Source: Tubulanus polymorphus
Taxonomy: Eukaryota > Animalia > Nemertea
NCBI RefSeq assembly: GCF_964204645.1
Contig: NC_134030.1
Span: forward strand, 22,466,210-22,530,209
Length of the DNA stretch: 64,000 bases
Reading direction: 5' to 3'
Of this stretch, positions 27,101 to 42,100 are shown one piece after another (position 1 is the first letter of the stretch; the number at the start of each line of letters is the position of its first letter). The notes under the pieces were generated by a model that saw only the letters and a list, made by a program, of their open reading frames with translations, made no database searches and was not told the origin of the DNA. A program made the translations under genes and the position numbers.

Positions 27101-30100
27101 ACGTCGGGTTGTTCCGCGATCTGCACGCACAAGTTCGACAGCGCCCCCGGTAGACACGAGATCGCGAGGATCTCCTCCCATTGGTCGCTCGGGATCCAAG
27201 TGGGCGTCGCCTCCTGACAGTCGAAATCCGCTAAACTCAACTGTATATTCAAACCAGGATTCCCTGAAATTCAACAAAGATAATTTTAAAGGGTGACCGC
27301 CACTTTTATTTCCTAACATACACGTTTTGCCTGATTCATTCAGAATTCAATGAATTAACACAGTCAAATGTGTAAGACATAGACGGAAGCTGTTTGATTT
27401 TAGCTGTGTGATCTAGCAATCTCAACAAATTACTCTGGAATGTTCCCTGATTTCTTTGAAATAGATGTACGATTTGATGATGTCATAGATCTTATGATTT
27501 CAACTATCTTTTCTGCAACTATTTTTTTTTAATTCCGTCAACCCACTGAGCACCAAGCAGGTCATTATTTGCGGGTTTTCTTTTCTGCAATGGTCTATAG
27601 TTCCAACTACCATTTAATTTGATGATGTCATAGGGAGTTTTATGGGGGCAGACATATTTCCTAAAGTGGCCAATAGATTTAACTTGATGGGAGATATTAT
27701 GAGGGGGTAATTTGAGGAAGATTATGTACCTTGCGTAAGGAGTGAAATTTCACTTTCGTTGAAACAATCGTCGGTTTCTGATTGGATATTCAAACACAGC
27801 ATCGTAGCGAATAGCAGACGATCTTCTTCATATAAACTCCTATAAATAGATCGAATCAATCAACACCAGTTTCAACCTCAACCCGCATCCACAGTTAAAA
27901 CCAGTCTGAGGCCATGTTAATTCTGTAGTCAATCTTACAACTTTAAGACCAGTCTAAGCTCATCTTGGGTCTTAAGTCAAGATCCGACAATTCAAGACTT
28001 GCTTAAGATTTGACACCACTTTTAGACTTGATTAAAATATTCTCAATCAAATTGGTCCAAAAAAACTGGTCTATTTAGTGATGATGTTCAATGTTATGTC
28101 AATTTCGACCCATTATTTTCGGACTGGTTGCCACACTTACTGATTAACGTATTCGTAAACCGATGACGTTAAATTCTCGATGATCTCGTCGACTTGCTCC
28201 GCGTTCAAACTGACGTATTCAACTCCGTCCGACGGCAACGTCGTGATCTGCTCGATTTGATTGGTCGGCGAGAAATCGCGCGATTGGACGATCGCTTCCT
28301 CGTGTAACTCGAGAACGAGGCTATCGTCGACCTCTAATTGGGTCGTTTTTTCTCCGAGACGTCGACTGCGAATCTGTTCTAGAACGTGAGACCGACTTTC
28401 GGAATCGCGAGCTTCGATCACTGCTCGAATAAACGATTCTTCACCTAGGAATCAAATCAAGGAAACTACAGAGGTTGTGCACATCATAGTTTGTTTGCCC
28501 ACCAAAGAGACTGAGTGCTGGAGACTGACCTTACAACAAAACATAATTAGGGCATTTACAAGCTCGGGTCCAGGGGGACTTGTATAAGTCCAACAAAATA
28601 TTTTTTCATCTTTTCAACAAAGATAATTGGCACTCAACTGGGAGGATGCCTATTGCCCTTGTGGCATCAAAGTGCCCTTTTCGGATGTGACAAGTTCTTC
28701 AAAATTAGCTTCTGGGTCCCGCCCCTGAAACTTTTGAGAATCTGTCATCTAAATCATTAATTGGTTTGGTGTAGTTACATTATCTCTTACAGAAATCAAT
28801 GGCTGTATGACCTCTACAATAATCACAATCTCACCGTTCAAAACGACATTCGGATAGAGCTCAACTGGAGCTCAACCTGTCGTTTATACTTACTGTCAAT
28901 GTTAGGTTCGGTATCACGAGCTTCTTCGATATCCGTTTGAGTCGGTTCTTTACTGAGTAATTCAGCTGCTGATTTCTCTTGAGTCACGTGAACTGTACTC
29001 ATACTGTCCAAACGTTCCTTCACATTCACATCTTTCAACTGTAATAACACCCAGACCAGAAAACAACGTTATACAACTCAAACTCAGAGCAAAAAGACTA
29101 ACTTTAAATACAATGACACATTCATGAGTAAAGACAATGGATTAGATAACAGTCACTCAGGAATTTCGCATTTTATTCTATCACCTAAAAGGCGAAGGCC
29201 ATATGATTTGACTGTCATCTGCTGGAACCTGAAGGTTATTTGACTGGTCATCTGCAGCAAGGTGAAGGCCATTTTACTGGTGATTCACTTCATGTTGAAG
29301 GTAATTTGACTCATTTGCAGCAAGATGAAGGCCATTTGACTGATCACCTGCTGCAAGATGAAGGCCATTTGACTGATCACCTGCTGCAAGATCAAGGCCA
29401 TTTGACTGATCACCTGCTGCAAGATCAAGGCCATTTGACTGATCACCTGCTGCAAGATCAAGGCCATTTGACTGATCACCTGCAGCAAGGCGAAGGCCAT
29501 TTGACTGGTCACCTGCTGCAAGGTGAAAGTTGTTTGATACAGGTCAAGCAAGAGGAGAGGTATTATTTACCTTATATTGTTTTTGTACGAAGAATTTGGC
29601 CGGAGGTTCGGTGCCGACAGCTTGATCGAACAGAGTGAGGAAATACGATAGATTGAACCGGTATTCCCGTCGGATACTGACTAAACTACGTATAACGTTA
29701 TATAACGTGGCTCCGCGACGAGATATCGCGAATAATTCATCTTTTAATTCGTCCAAATCGTTGAGAACTTTCTGCGTGTTCGAATACAACTCAGACACCT
29801 AGAATAACATAGCAATAATTACTTGATAATTACCTTTCCATGGAAAACTTATTCCAGTTTATGAAAACAATTTCAAACAAAGTGAAAGCTAATTCAGAAA
29901 TAGGCAGTTCTTCCAAGGAAAAGGCTTTACACGAGGGGCAGGATCCAGTTACACAATTTTCGGTTACAAGAACTCCAGAACCCAGTTCCACAATTCTAGA
30001 TCCAGTTCCACAGTTCTGGATCCAGTTCCACAGTTCTGGATCCAGTTCCACAGTACAGGATACAGTTCCACAGTTCTGGACCCTGTTCTACAGTCCCATA

Positions 30101-33100
30101 CTCAGTTTCATGGTACAAGATCCAGTGATCCAGTTCCATAGTTCTGGACCCTGTTCTACAGTCCCATACTCAGTTTCATGGTACAAGATCCAGTGATCCA
30201 GTTCCATAGTTCTGGACCATATTCACATTTCTCAGCTAAAACCACAGTCGATTAAAATCTAACCTGCGTTAAAAACATCGGAAATGAACTGGAACTACAA
30301 AACCAGGTTCAAGCATCAGTTGCAAAGTCAAAAAAAAGAATGAATTCATTTCTGCATTATTTATCCTAGACTCAAATGTTGACCAAAACTGTGAAACCGG
30401 ATCCAGAGATTTCAGAAATTATTTCCCATCAGAATTCAGAGGGAATGAAGATCTAAAATACCGAAGACAAACCTGATCTTTAACGTTGAACGCGTCGCCG
30501 ATAACAGCCACGTCTTCATCCAACCACAACGCTTTCGAATCGGCGTTTTTATAAATCTGCAACTTGACGTACGCGACCAACTTCACCATCAATCGTTTCA
30601 GATCCTGCAGCGTGTTCAGCGCGAGTTTGTGTTCGGCGAACAGTTGCGGGTGCAGACGCGCGAACGCTCGAGTCAACAGATCCTCCATCAGAGTCTCGGC
30701 AGACGTGCCGTAGTTGATCAACGAAACGGACGACGCGACGTACGGAGTCAACTCCGGTTTGGGGAGCGACGTCGATAAGTACAACTGGAAGTTTGGATTG
30801 CATAACAATCGGCGCCCGCAGAATTTAACCATCCTTAATTCTATAAATACAAACATTAATGAATGAATGAATGAATATATGATATATAAACATGTATGAA
30901 TAAATGAATGAATTCTCAATAGATATTAGATTGTGTAAGTAATTAGAATAATATAGAACATTGACATAATCTAATTTATTGAGTGGACACCGCAAAGTTT
31001 AAAGACTGTACCAAACGATGAGGGGGGCCGCAAAAGATAAATTAGTTTTCATGAAATATGAATTCAGTAAAATTATGATGATTATCATCATTGAAATGAC
31101 TGTAGAGACAAACCTTCATTTTGATCGTTCTCGTGAACGACGTTCCGGTGTGAAATCAGAGGTAACAGCGAACTATCGATTTCCTCGGTGCAATTCTTTA
31201 TCAGTAACGGTCGGCCTTTAATGATACACTTCTCGATACTGACTCCAAACTGAGGGTCACTCCTAGACGAAAACACAAATTAACCATATATGATCCATTT
31301 ATTGTTGTTTGTTTGATTTGAATATATCAATTCATTTCCGATGTTTTAACCGTAGTCTCTATATATCTCAAACCGACGTCTGCAGAACTGTCGGTCCGGG
31401 GGTCAAGGTTTAACTATTCCGGCAATGAATAATCCACAACCCTTTAAACTAAACACAATCATTGAAAATTACAACAAATTTTTAAACCTATTCTGGTATT
31501 TTTTTATTTCTAAAGTTGAAGGTTATATTTTACTCTGGAGATTTAGAATCAAGTTCATTTTCTATGTTTCTCCATATAGTAACCTGTTGAAGCTGAAGCC
31601 TGTTTTACTTGGGTCAAATTTAACTGTAAATTCTCATTTTCTATTATTAGTTATTCTAAAAATCTAAATAAAATGCCGGGCCTAGTCGCACAGTAATGGC
31701 CATCTTTGCTGTATAGCCAATCTAACCAGTTTTAGGATTTTGTACTCAAGCCACAACTGTGCAACAGGTTCAGGGCGTTTAGAATAGCAGACCTAATTCA
31801 AAGTTATCGCTTGGATTTGACTTCAACTACAAGCACAAAACTGAGAACTGAGATTCTCAAACTGGTTCATTAAAGCATGCACGATAACATAAACAACTAC
31901 AATATTACTGAAGGCTACAAATTATACTTTAAGCTGAGACGAGAAGATACACAATATCCGTGTATGATGATGACGAGAGAAATCCCACAATAACGAAGCC
32001 AAGATTGAAAAATTCTATATCAGAATGATTGTATTTGAAGAGCGACGTTTCGGCTAAACACTATTAGCCATCATCAGGCGTACTGATGATGGCTATTTAG
32101 CCGAAACGTCGCTCATAGAATTTTTCAATCTTGGCTTCATTATTGTCGGAGTTCTCTCAATACTTTAAGCTACCGCAGTATTAAAAGATGAATATTTTCT
32201 GTGAAGATTTCCATTGAAAAGTGGAGAAATTTAGAAAGGGGATTCGGGAATTTGAAAGAGCTATTGAGAAGTTAGAAGCTATAGACTGCTGATACATTTA
32301 TATCTATAGTATAAATTATACCTCCATTTGTCGTGTTCCATCGGGGAACCTACCGGTAGCATACTGTACCGACGAGAAAAACATACATCAAATAACTGAC
32401 ACTTTGTTGTTCGATTACATCATAAACTTTTTCCGCAGAGCAGGTGAGTCAGCTGGGAGTTGCAGTTAGCTAGTTGACCAGTTCATAACTATTGCGGTCA
32501 CCATTAAAACCGTATTGCAACCACTAATCTACTTTAACCAACTATCAAGCAACTGGCCTGAACTTCAAGACAAGGATCTGGACAGGGTGGCCACTTTTAT
32601 CTGACTAGTTAATTCCCTGACGTATACAGGGTCTGATCTAAGCCACTAATGAAAGCCACTTGCCCGGGGGTGGAGCATATCTGAAATTTCGCTTGCTCCC
32701 TCCAAAAGCTACTTGCCCTCCACTGGCAGTCTGATTTGTGGCACTATCATCTGTTGTATCGACTGGGAAAAAAGCTTTGAGACATAAAATTGCACTAGCC
32801 CGGGGGACAAGTGATAATGATAACCTATATGCCCTGATGATAATATACTTGTCCCGGGCAATCGGACAAGTGCTTAGATTGGACCCTTTATACATGGTTT
32901 TTTCTGATTTAATCTGCTAAGAATCCAATCAATTAACAGTCAAATACTTAAGACATAGACAGAAACTGTTTAACTTTACACGCGATCTAACAATCTCAAC
33001 TAATTTCCCCTGATTTTAGGTTTTTTTTTTTTTACAAAATTCCCCGAGTAATCCCTGATTTCCTGTGGCACCACCCTGTCTGGAGCTATAGTTTTTATAG

Positions 33101-36100
33101 TTCGACTCAAATGACTGATTTTAATTGAACAGTAAAACTATAAACCCAGATCTATGGAACCGTTGGTTGCTGGTTTTACACAAAACACTTAAACTCAAAT
33201 ATTTAGTCGGTGGGTCGAATTTTAAGTTCAGTTACGCCCGTACCTGGTATCAATGTCAAGGTCAATCAGTTGTTTCTCGTGCACGGTCGAATTTAACCAG
33301 TTCAACCAATCGATACCGTCGCCGACCGGATCAATCAACAATGGCGGCCGTTGCCACGACGACACCAATAACGCCGAATTCTCCATTTGCCGCGGTCCCA
33401 AATCTTAAATTCAGAACAAAAATTTGATTACATATCGTTATTAAGTGATTAGGTATAGAATCTATGAATATGGACCCAGTTCCACAGTTGTGAGTTAGAG
33501 TTAATTCCGAGTTGAAATCAGTTATCTCTTGAGCCAAATCTTAACTCACAACTGTGGAACTGTGGAGCTGGTGGATACAAGATGTATGTTCTGAGTTGGC
33601 TTCATAAGACCCAGGGAGTCAAACTAGAGCTCTTACGAGGGCAAGACGTATTCAAGAGATAGACGCATTTTTGTGCAGAGATTGTAAAATAAAAAGACAT
33701 CGAAATATATATTTTTGTTATATGATCTAAAGGCAACTCAACTACATTTATGACAATGGACATCAAAATTACATCATTGTGCATCAAAATTTCATCATAA
33801 GGATCCCTGTTTAGCAAAAAACCCAAGCCAAATACAACAATACGCTAAAAACTCGAAATAATAATTTATCACATAATTCTAAGATCAAATATTATCTTAC
33901 CGTTTTTAAGCCATTCTTGTAATTTAGTTTCTCCGACGATCAGTTTGATTAAACTGCGTATATAGTGGTTGTATTCCTCAATAGTTAACGCCGGTAAAGA
34001 ATTTTCACTTTCCGCGTATTCGAAATCATCATTCTCAACACGGCTGCCATCTTGAAATATACAATCGAAATTATTCTGAGCTGAGTTTAATTGATACGGG
34101 TTCACAATAATCATAGCTAGGAACATTTTGAATCATGTCAGTTATTACTAAGGTGTCTCATTGTTACTATTGTGGTAGTCACCCAATTTACCTCCAAAGG
34201 GAACTTTGGAAAACAGTCTTTGAAACCAGGCCCAGTTTCACAAGAAGGTTTTAACTCTTATTAAATCAGTTTAATTTCTTTGTTAATTCAGTTAACTTTA
34301 AATCGATTTTCAACAATTAACTCGGGTCTACAGTTATTTCATTCAAAGAGTCAAAATTAGTTCATTCTCCATTAAGTCAACTTGAACTTATTAACAGACC
34401 TATTCAACAAGGTGTTGGTTTAACTTACCGGTGGTCGGGGTTTTAATTGGAGGTTGGATCTGTTTTTCCGATTCTTCAGTTTGATCTTTCTCCACCTGTT
34501 CCTGCTCCTGCTCCTGCTCCGAGTGTTTCGAGCCGTGCTCCGATTCTGGAGTTTGTTTTCCGTCGACTTTATCATCCGTCTGCCCGTCCACATCCGTCTG
34601 CTTTGCTTGTTCTAATTGCTGATCACCCTGAAGAATTCCGAAAGACTTATTTCAATTTCAACCAGTAAACTCTATGAAATCACCACAGCACATTATTGAG
34701 GGAAACCCATAATATCAATTTAAACAAATATCATTGTTTATTTCTTAACATTTCGGGTGGAATCCTTCCACCAGTCTTCAGAGTTCATTCGAAAATGTTT
34801 ATTTCAATTATACTCTGAAGACTGGTGGAAGGATTCCACCCAAAACGATAAAATCATTAGAAATGATATTGTGGGTTTCTATCGATGATATTCATCAAGA
34901 CTTGAAAAAGTTTCAACTATTTATTACCTCAGGGCCCAGTTTCACGAAAAGGATAAAGGCCTAAATCGATTTAAGATAAACTGAATTAATGAAGAAATTA
35001 AATCGATTTAAAAGTTAAACATTTTTGTGAAACTGGGCCCAGAACTGTGGAGCTGGATTCAGGATCTAGTTCCACAGTTCTGACGTAAGTCTGACTATCA
35101 AAGTAATAAATAATCTCATATCCAATAGTTGTAAATTTTAGAGTAATATTTTCTCCCTGAAACTAGACTAGTTTAATCAGCCGTACCTGCACACTTCCTG
35201 TCTCCGATCCAACCTCCTTTTCAGCGTCCTCCTTTTCGCTGCGATCCGTTTTTTCGACTTCATCGTTTTCCTCGACGTCGTCCTCTAGTTCTCCGTCGGA
35301 ACTTCCGCCCGCCGAGAACAATTGTTCGCTGTCGATTCCTCGTGAACTGACGGCAGACGCCTCGTCGAAACTCCAGTCTAAAACTCGACCTGTCATCAAA
35401 AACAAATAATGATAATGCGAGAAAAATTATATGTCATGTTGTTAGCAATAGAACTGAGTAAGAAGATTATGGTGTGAGGGCAGAAAGAGGCAGAAAGGAA
35501 AAAGACAGTAGTAAGATTTTGTTTGGGTGCAGTTTTCCATAGACTAAAGACCAAGGCTAAGGCCATCAAAGTTCTATAGCTAATCTAACAGCATAAGACC
35601 AGTCTTAGGGTTAAAGACCACTTTTGGACTAAAGTCATGATTATGGAACCGGCCCCAGGAGGGGGCTGCATTCAGTAAGTGTATGGCATTGTGGCTGCTG
35701 TAGTAGCAAGGTTTTCTATCCCGCCCCCTCCCCTAAAAAAAATAAAGACAATTTAAGCTTAATTTTGAAGTAATCATCCATTTGTCGCATCAGTCTATTT
35801 ATTGATATATCTAAAACCAATTATGAGCATTGATAGAATATTGACATCCACCTCTGGTTTGGGCAGCAGATATTCTATAAGGGTTGGCTGATATTCAGAG
35901 GGGTTGATGTAAAAATGAAAGGGTAGCTGCAGGGTTTGGGGAGAAACTGGTGTAATTATTACAAAGAACAATTACGATTTAAATTACAGTTACCTTTATT
36001 CGGATCGATGCTATCGATGATCAGAGGAATGCCGCGTTCTTGTAAACATCTCGGCCATTGTAGCGTTAACATCTGTCGTCTGAAACTATAGTGATACGGC

Positions 36101-39100
36101 CCGAGATACGCGGTGAATCCGGCGGCCATCGCGACGCCCCCGGCGATCGCTTCTTCGCGTTTACTCAACGAATCGTAGATCTGTCGGTATTTTCGGTGCT
36201 CGGAACGAAGTATCTAAAAACGAAAAAAAATTTTTTCCAAATTTCTGAACTAACGACAAAACAACAAAATTTGTACGAAAAAGGGCACTGAAAAGATTTT
36301 GGCAGAGTTTAGGTGAACTCCTCAAACCTCCCTTGGTTTTCATCTCTCACATGGCTTTATCCAGAGATACTGATAATAAATGCTCCCTAAGTTTGTCGTT
36401 TATGCGACAAGTTTTGATTACAAACTTGTCCCTACTCTGAACTGTTGCATCTCAAGCTTTTTTCGTAAAAGTTAGACGCATTCTTTACAACGCAACGCAA
36501 CACAGCAATTACTTAAGTATATTTTGTTTTGTCAACATTTGGAAAATCCTGCGATTAAAATTCCAGGCCTGGGTTTCATAGATATAGAAGAAAAATAATC
36601 CCTGGGAATATTTTGAAATTTGTCAGTTATTACCATGGTTTCTCATTGTTACTACGATGGTTGTCACCCAGATTGAGGATTAACCCCTAGGGATAACTTT
36701 GATACTCAGTCTATGAAACCTGCCCAGAGATTTTTGCTTTTGTAACAAAATTTCAGGAAATTCTCGTTACCTTCTTCATGCGAGCAGACGTCTTCAACAT
36801 GTGTTCCATTTTAATTGTTTTCTCTTGTTGATTGTTCTTATCGATCGTCGCCTCCTCGAATCCTCGCGCCAACTCGGCCAAACGAATTTCCAACGACTGA
36901 AAGAAAAAGTTCAAAATTCAAAATTCAATCAAGAAATAACGACTAGTGACACCTGGTGGATCATTGCTTGTCGCGAGTGGAATTATCTTTTGCTGCAGTA
37001 GTTGATGTCCTATTGCACACTAGCGACACCTGGTGCATACTCCTGAATCCTTATTTGTTGCAATAACATTGAAGGTACTCCATTCCTATGGACCAAACTT
37101 GGTGAACAAAATCAGCCTAGTATTACGATCGTTGGGGCAACAAAACCTCAATTTTTCTGATATTACCTTTCGTTTGTTTTCTAATGAAGTCATTTTGTGT
37201 TCGGCTTCATCCACGGCTGCCAGAGTCTGCTCCACTTTAGCGTGTAGCGGTTTCACTTTCGAAATCATCATGCGATGATACCTATACGTATAATAAGAGA
37301 ATATATCTAGAAATTCATATATCGAGAAAATTTTTCCCAAAAAAAAAAGAACACAGAAACCATAAAATTTCAATAGTTGAAACGTAGCTTACTTGACGAC
37401 GCCTCTGACCCAGTTACACAATGATCCACACGCGTCGTTTCCTGTTTTACGGAGTAGCGTTTCCGGTTCAAACGACGGTTTCTTCAAATACGACTCAACG
37501 AGAGTTAGAGTCGACTCTGGCATGTGATTGTCGTCGAACGTTAATAATTCTTCTGTTAGTCTGAAATTTAGAGATGTATATATCATTTTTTTTTTAATTC
37601 GTAAAATTGAAAATAAGAAGCCTCCAGTTCAGCAGTACTGGATCAGTTCCATAGTTGCTGCACCACACTTTCACAGTTTTTTAATTCTAGAACCAAATCT
37701 TGAACTGTGGAACTGGATCCAGAACTGTGGAACTGGATCCAGAACTGTGGAACTGGATACAGAACTGTGGAACTGGATCCAGAACTGTGGAACTGGATCC
37801 AGAACTGTGGAACTGGATTGTACACTGGCGTTTAGGAATGAATTTTCTTACCTTTCCAAGTTTGCCATTTGACGTTTTGCTCCCTTCTGCCAGGTCAAAT
37901 CAGAAGTTGGTGACTTTACTAAAATAATTAAAAAATTCACTTTCACCGGAGCTTTATTTAGGACCAAACTGAACAGTTTGAGGATTCATAAAGAACTTAC
38001 GAATCATGATGATGGCAGCCATTAAATCTTCGATATCGATAACCGGTTTCTGCATCGCGCGTAATTCCTGTAGACTTTCTACGTTCATACTCTGTATGAC
38101 TTTCTTCGTATCGGCGACGATCGCGATAGCTTTATAAACGGCTCGCTCGTGGGCGACTTGATACTCGGGCAGCAGCTGGTGGAAAATAACATGTTACATG
38201 TTAAACTTACAGATACATGTTATAGATACATGTTATAAACACATCCTATAGATACATCTTATAGATGTTGTTCTTCCTTACATACACAAAGTAAATTGAG
38301 TTACATGTTATTCTTCTACGTAACATGATATTCCTACATGTTACATGTGATTCTTCCATGTTACATGTGATTCTTCCATGTTACATGTGATGATTTTCTA
38401 TATTACATTCGATTCTACCATGTAACATGTGATGCAATTTCTTTTCTACATTTCTAAAGAACATTGTTATACGTACATGCAATGTGTGACATGTACATGT
38501 TACATGTTACAATAGCATTGACATGTTCAAGTAAAGTAAAACAATCTGTAACTATTTTCAATTACCTTTTTCAGTTTCTTGATTTTCTCCATTTGTGATC
38601 GAACGATTCTGACTTGTTGTTCAGTAATAGCCGTGTCCTGTCCGATCTGAGACATGATTCTAATCGTTCCCTGGAAACAAACACTGACAATAAACATCCA
38701 AAATACTAAACAAATATTTGTAGTTTCTTCAATTTATCTTAACATTGATTTACAAGTTAATCATTCTTGCGTGTAACTGGGCCCTGTTTGATCTTAATCT
38801 CAACTAATATTTGAAAATCAGATTTCAAACATCCCTATTGTAAAACTGGTTATCATCATAGAAACAAACATCTAAACTTTGCAACATTTCTGAACCCAGT
38901 TCAGACCAGTTCAGCTGGTTTAGAAACTAAAGATGTTTGACTCTTAAATCTATAAAAGATAATTGATTTTAGGAGCTTAACAGTTTCATGATGAAACTGG
39001 ACCCAATTTAGAACGACCTCAACTCTTTCATACTATCAGCATTCAACCCCCCAACTGACCCCGTTGATGTTAGGCTTGCAATTGAGTATCTCATTTCAGT

Positions 39101-42100
39101 GTCCAATATTAAAAGAAAGATGAAGAAAGTTCAGCTGGTTTAGAAACTGAAAATGATTGACTCTTAAATCTATTAAAGATAAACTGAATTGATTTCAAGA
39201 GTCAAACAGTTTCATGATGAAACTGGACTCAATCTAAAACGACTTCTTCTCTTTCATACTATCAGTATTCAACCCCCTAATTGACCCCGTTGATGTTAGG
39301 CTTGCAATTGAGTATCTCATTCCAATGATTAAAGAAAGATGAAGAAATCTCAGCATGAAAGGATTTTAGTGAATTGAGTTTAAAAGACAGTCGACTCACA
39401 GCGTTTCGTTCTTGTAAAACCATTTTCTCGTGTTGTAACTGTTTATGCAGACGAGATGCCATTCGATTCTCCTGCTGAATTTGAGCCAATGAACTTTTCG
39501 CTATTTTATGATTGTGATGAATTTCGTCGTATCTCGCGTTCGCCAAAGAGATAAATCTGTAAATCAATCAACATTTGATGATGTCATAGGGGGATTTATG
39601 AGGTAGACACATTCTCTGGAAGTGTCTATAGGTGACATAAGTGAATAGTCCGATGATGTCATAGGGGATCTATGGAGGAAGTCATCTTTTCTAGAAGTGG
39701 ATCCATAGATCAAATTACTAGTAGACAATTTGATGATGTCATAGGGGGATTTATGAAGGCAGACATCTTTTCTACAAGTGTCTATAGATCAAATCATTAG
39801 TAGGTAATTTGATGATGTCATAGCGGGATTTATGGAGGAAGTCATCTTTTCTAGAAATGTCGATAGATCAAATTACTAGTAGACAATTTGATGATGTCAT
39901 ATGGGGATTTATGGAGGCAGACATCTTTTTGGGAAATGTCTACAAACCAAACCACGAAATTAGATGATTTCATAAGGGATTGCCAAAAACAGACATCTTT
40001 TCTATTACAAAAAATCTGTGATCAAATGATATCGTAGGGGACAGTAGTGTCTATAGATCACAAATGATTTGATGATTTCATATGGGGAAGGAACCATTTC
40101 TTCTTATTCTAAAAGGATTTAGAAACACTATGATGTCACAAGAGGGACGTACAGAGGCAGTAGAGGTGTAATTGATACCTTTGAATGAATTTCTCGTATG
40201 TAGTATTCGTAAGATGATTGTATTCTCCGGCAGACGTTTCCAGTCCGTCTTGTTGTCTGATTGATAGATGCATCGATGCCAACATGTGAGCGATGTTTTC
40301 CTTCTGCGTTTGCGTCAACCAATCAACATCTACATCAAACAAACGAACAACCAATCAAACAACTCGATTCATAGACATTCAAATTTCAAAAAAGATTCAA
40401 TTTTCGTTTAATGAACAAAGTTTCGATATCCTTGGTTCATCTTCATGTAAAAGGCTGTCTATTGAGAATAGGGGATTTATAGAGGCAGACATCTTTGTAG
40501 GGAGAGTTCATTGATTAAATAACTAGAAATTGATGATTTAAGGGTGGGTTTAGACAAGATTAGACGAAGTATGCCTGATGATGGCTAACAGTTGTTAGCC
40601 AAAACGTCGCTCCTCAAATATAATCATTCTGATATAGAATTTTTCAATCTTGGCTTCGTTATTGTGGGATTTCTCTCGTAATGGTGGGTTTATTGCAGGC
40701 ATCATCAATCGTTTCTGGTGTCACTGTGAAAATGAGTTATTTTCAAACCTTTAAGATGGTAGGCGGCGTTTTGAATGAGAACGGATTTCGACCAGTGATG
40801 CAACCAAATGAAGTTCGTATTCTGCGTCAGAGCCGGCATATCTCGACAGCGTTTCTGGAACAGAGCGCCACCACCTGTCGATTCGATGAAACACACTCGG
40901 AAATTACTGCGCACCATCCTGAAAAATAAAATCACAATATTTTTGGGGTCCATAATTCCTGCTGCTGGGTAGAGACAAGAGGGGTGCAGGGTACAGATAG
41001 CAGATCATGTGAGGATAAAACTTTAACTTCGACAGTTCCACAGTTCTAGGCTCAGTTCCACAGTTCTAGATCCAGTTCCAGAGTTCTGGACCCAGTTCCA
41101 GAGTTCTGGATCCAGTTCCACAGTTCTGCACCCAAATCTACAGTTCTGCAACTAGATCCACAGTTCTGGATCCAGTTCCACAGTTCTACCACAGTTCTGG
41201 ATCCAACGCAGTTCTGGATCCAGTTCCACAGTTCTAGGCTCAGTTCCACAGTTCTAGATCGAGTTCCACAGTTCTGGACCCAGTTCCACAGTTCTACCAC
41301 AGTTCTGGATCCAACACAGTTCTGAATCCAGTTCCACAGTTCTGCACCCAGATCTACAGTTCTGCAACTAGTACCACAGTTCTGGATCCAGTTCCACAGT
41401 TCTGGAATCAGTTCCACTGTTGAGGATCCAGTCTCAGTTAAAGTACTGTAATTGACAATGATATTAATTCAACTATTAACTATATCAAACGAACAACTTA
41501 CTTTAAGAAGAATTCCCAGGCGACGTCGCGTGTATAGGTTAACCCGGCCTGCGTTACTTCCGTACGAATCGAGTTGATAATAGTCGTCTGCTCCTCGTAC
41601 GTGAACAGTTGACTGATCGACGAACCGGCGATTATAAACTCCTCGATAAACACCAGGAAATCAGCATCGACCAATTCTTCAGAGTGAATCACGAACAACA
41701 GCTTCTCTCCCTGTGAGCGAAATAGAGTTTAAAACTATCAGTTCTTAAAGAAACCTTGGTGCAGGACAAATTCAGACATTCACTTTTCGTCCGGTTGATC
41801 AGGAAAAATAGGGCAATTTTCTAAAGTATATAGATTTACAGAAAATAGGAAATATAGGAAATGTTGGAGAGGCATGATATAGATGTGAATTAGAATTCAC
41901 ATGAAGTTAAAATCTTCATTTCTAATTAATTTTAGCCCAGAATTTAAGAATGGGGTCATGATACAGAATGGTGGAATGTTACAGAATGGTGGAATGTAGG
42001 ATATGATACAGAATGGGGTCATGATACAAAATGGGGTCATGATACAGAATGGGGTCATGATACAGAATGGTGGAATGATACAGAATGGGGTCATGATACA

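Noticed and set aside
29240-29638. His-rich 11-aa repeat ORF on the plus strand
   Set aside because: TTG start, no splice or promoter support, and it runs antisense into a dynein exon; explained by the 33-bp minisatellite.
41052-41417. ELWNWIQNCGTGSRTV-type ORFs (also near 29830, 37528, 46629, 50521)
   Set aside because: All are translations of the 20-bp TIR-derived satellite.
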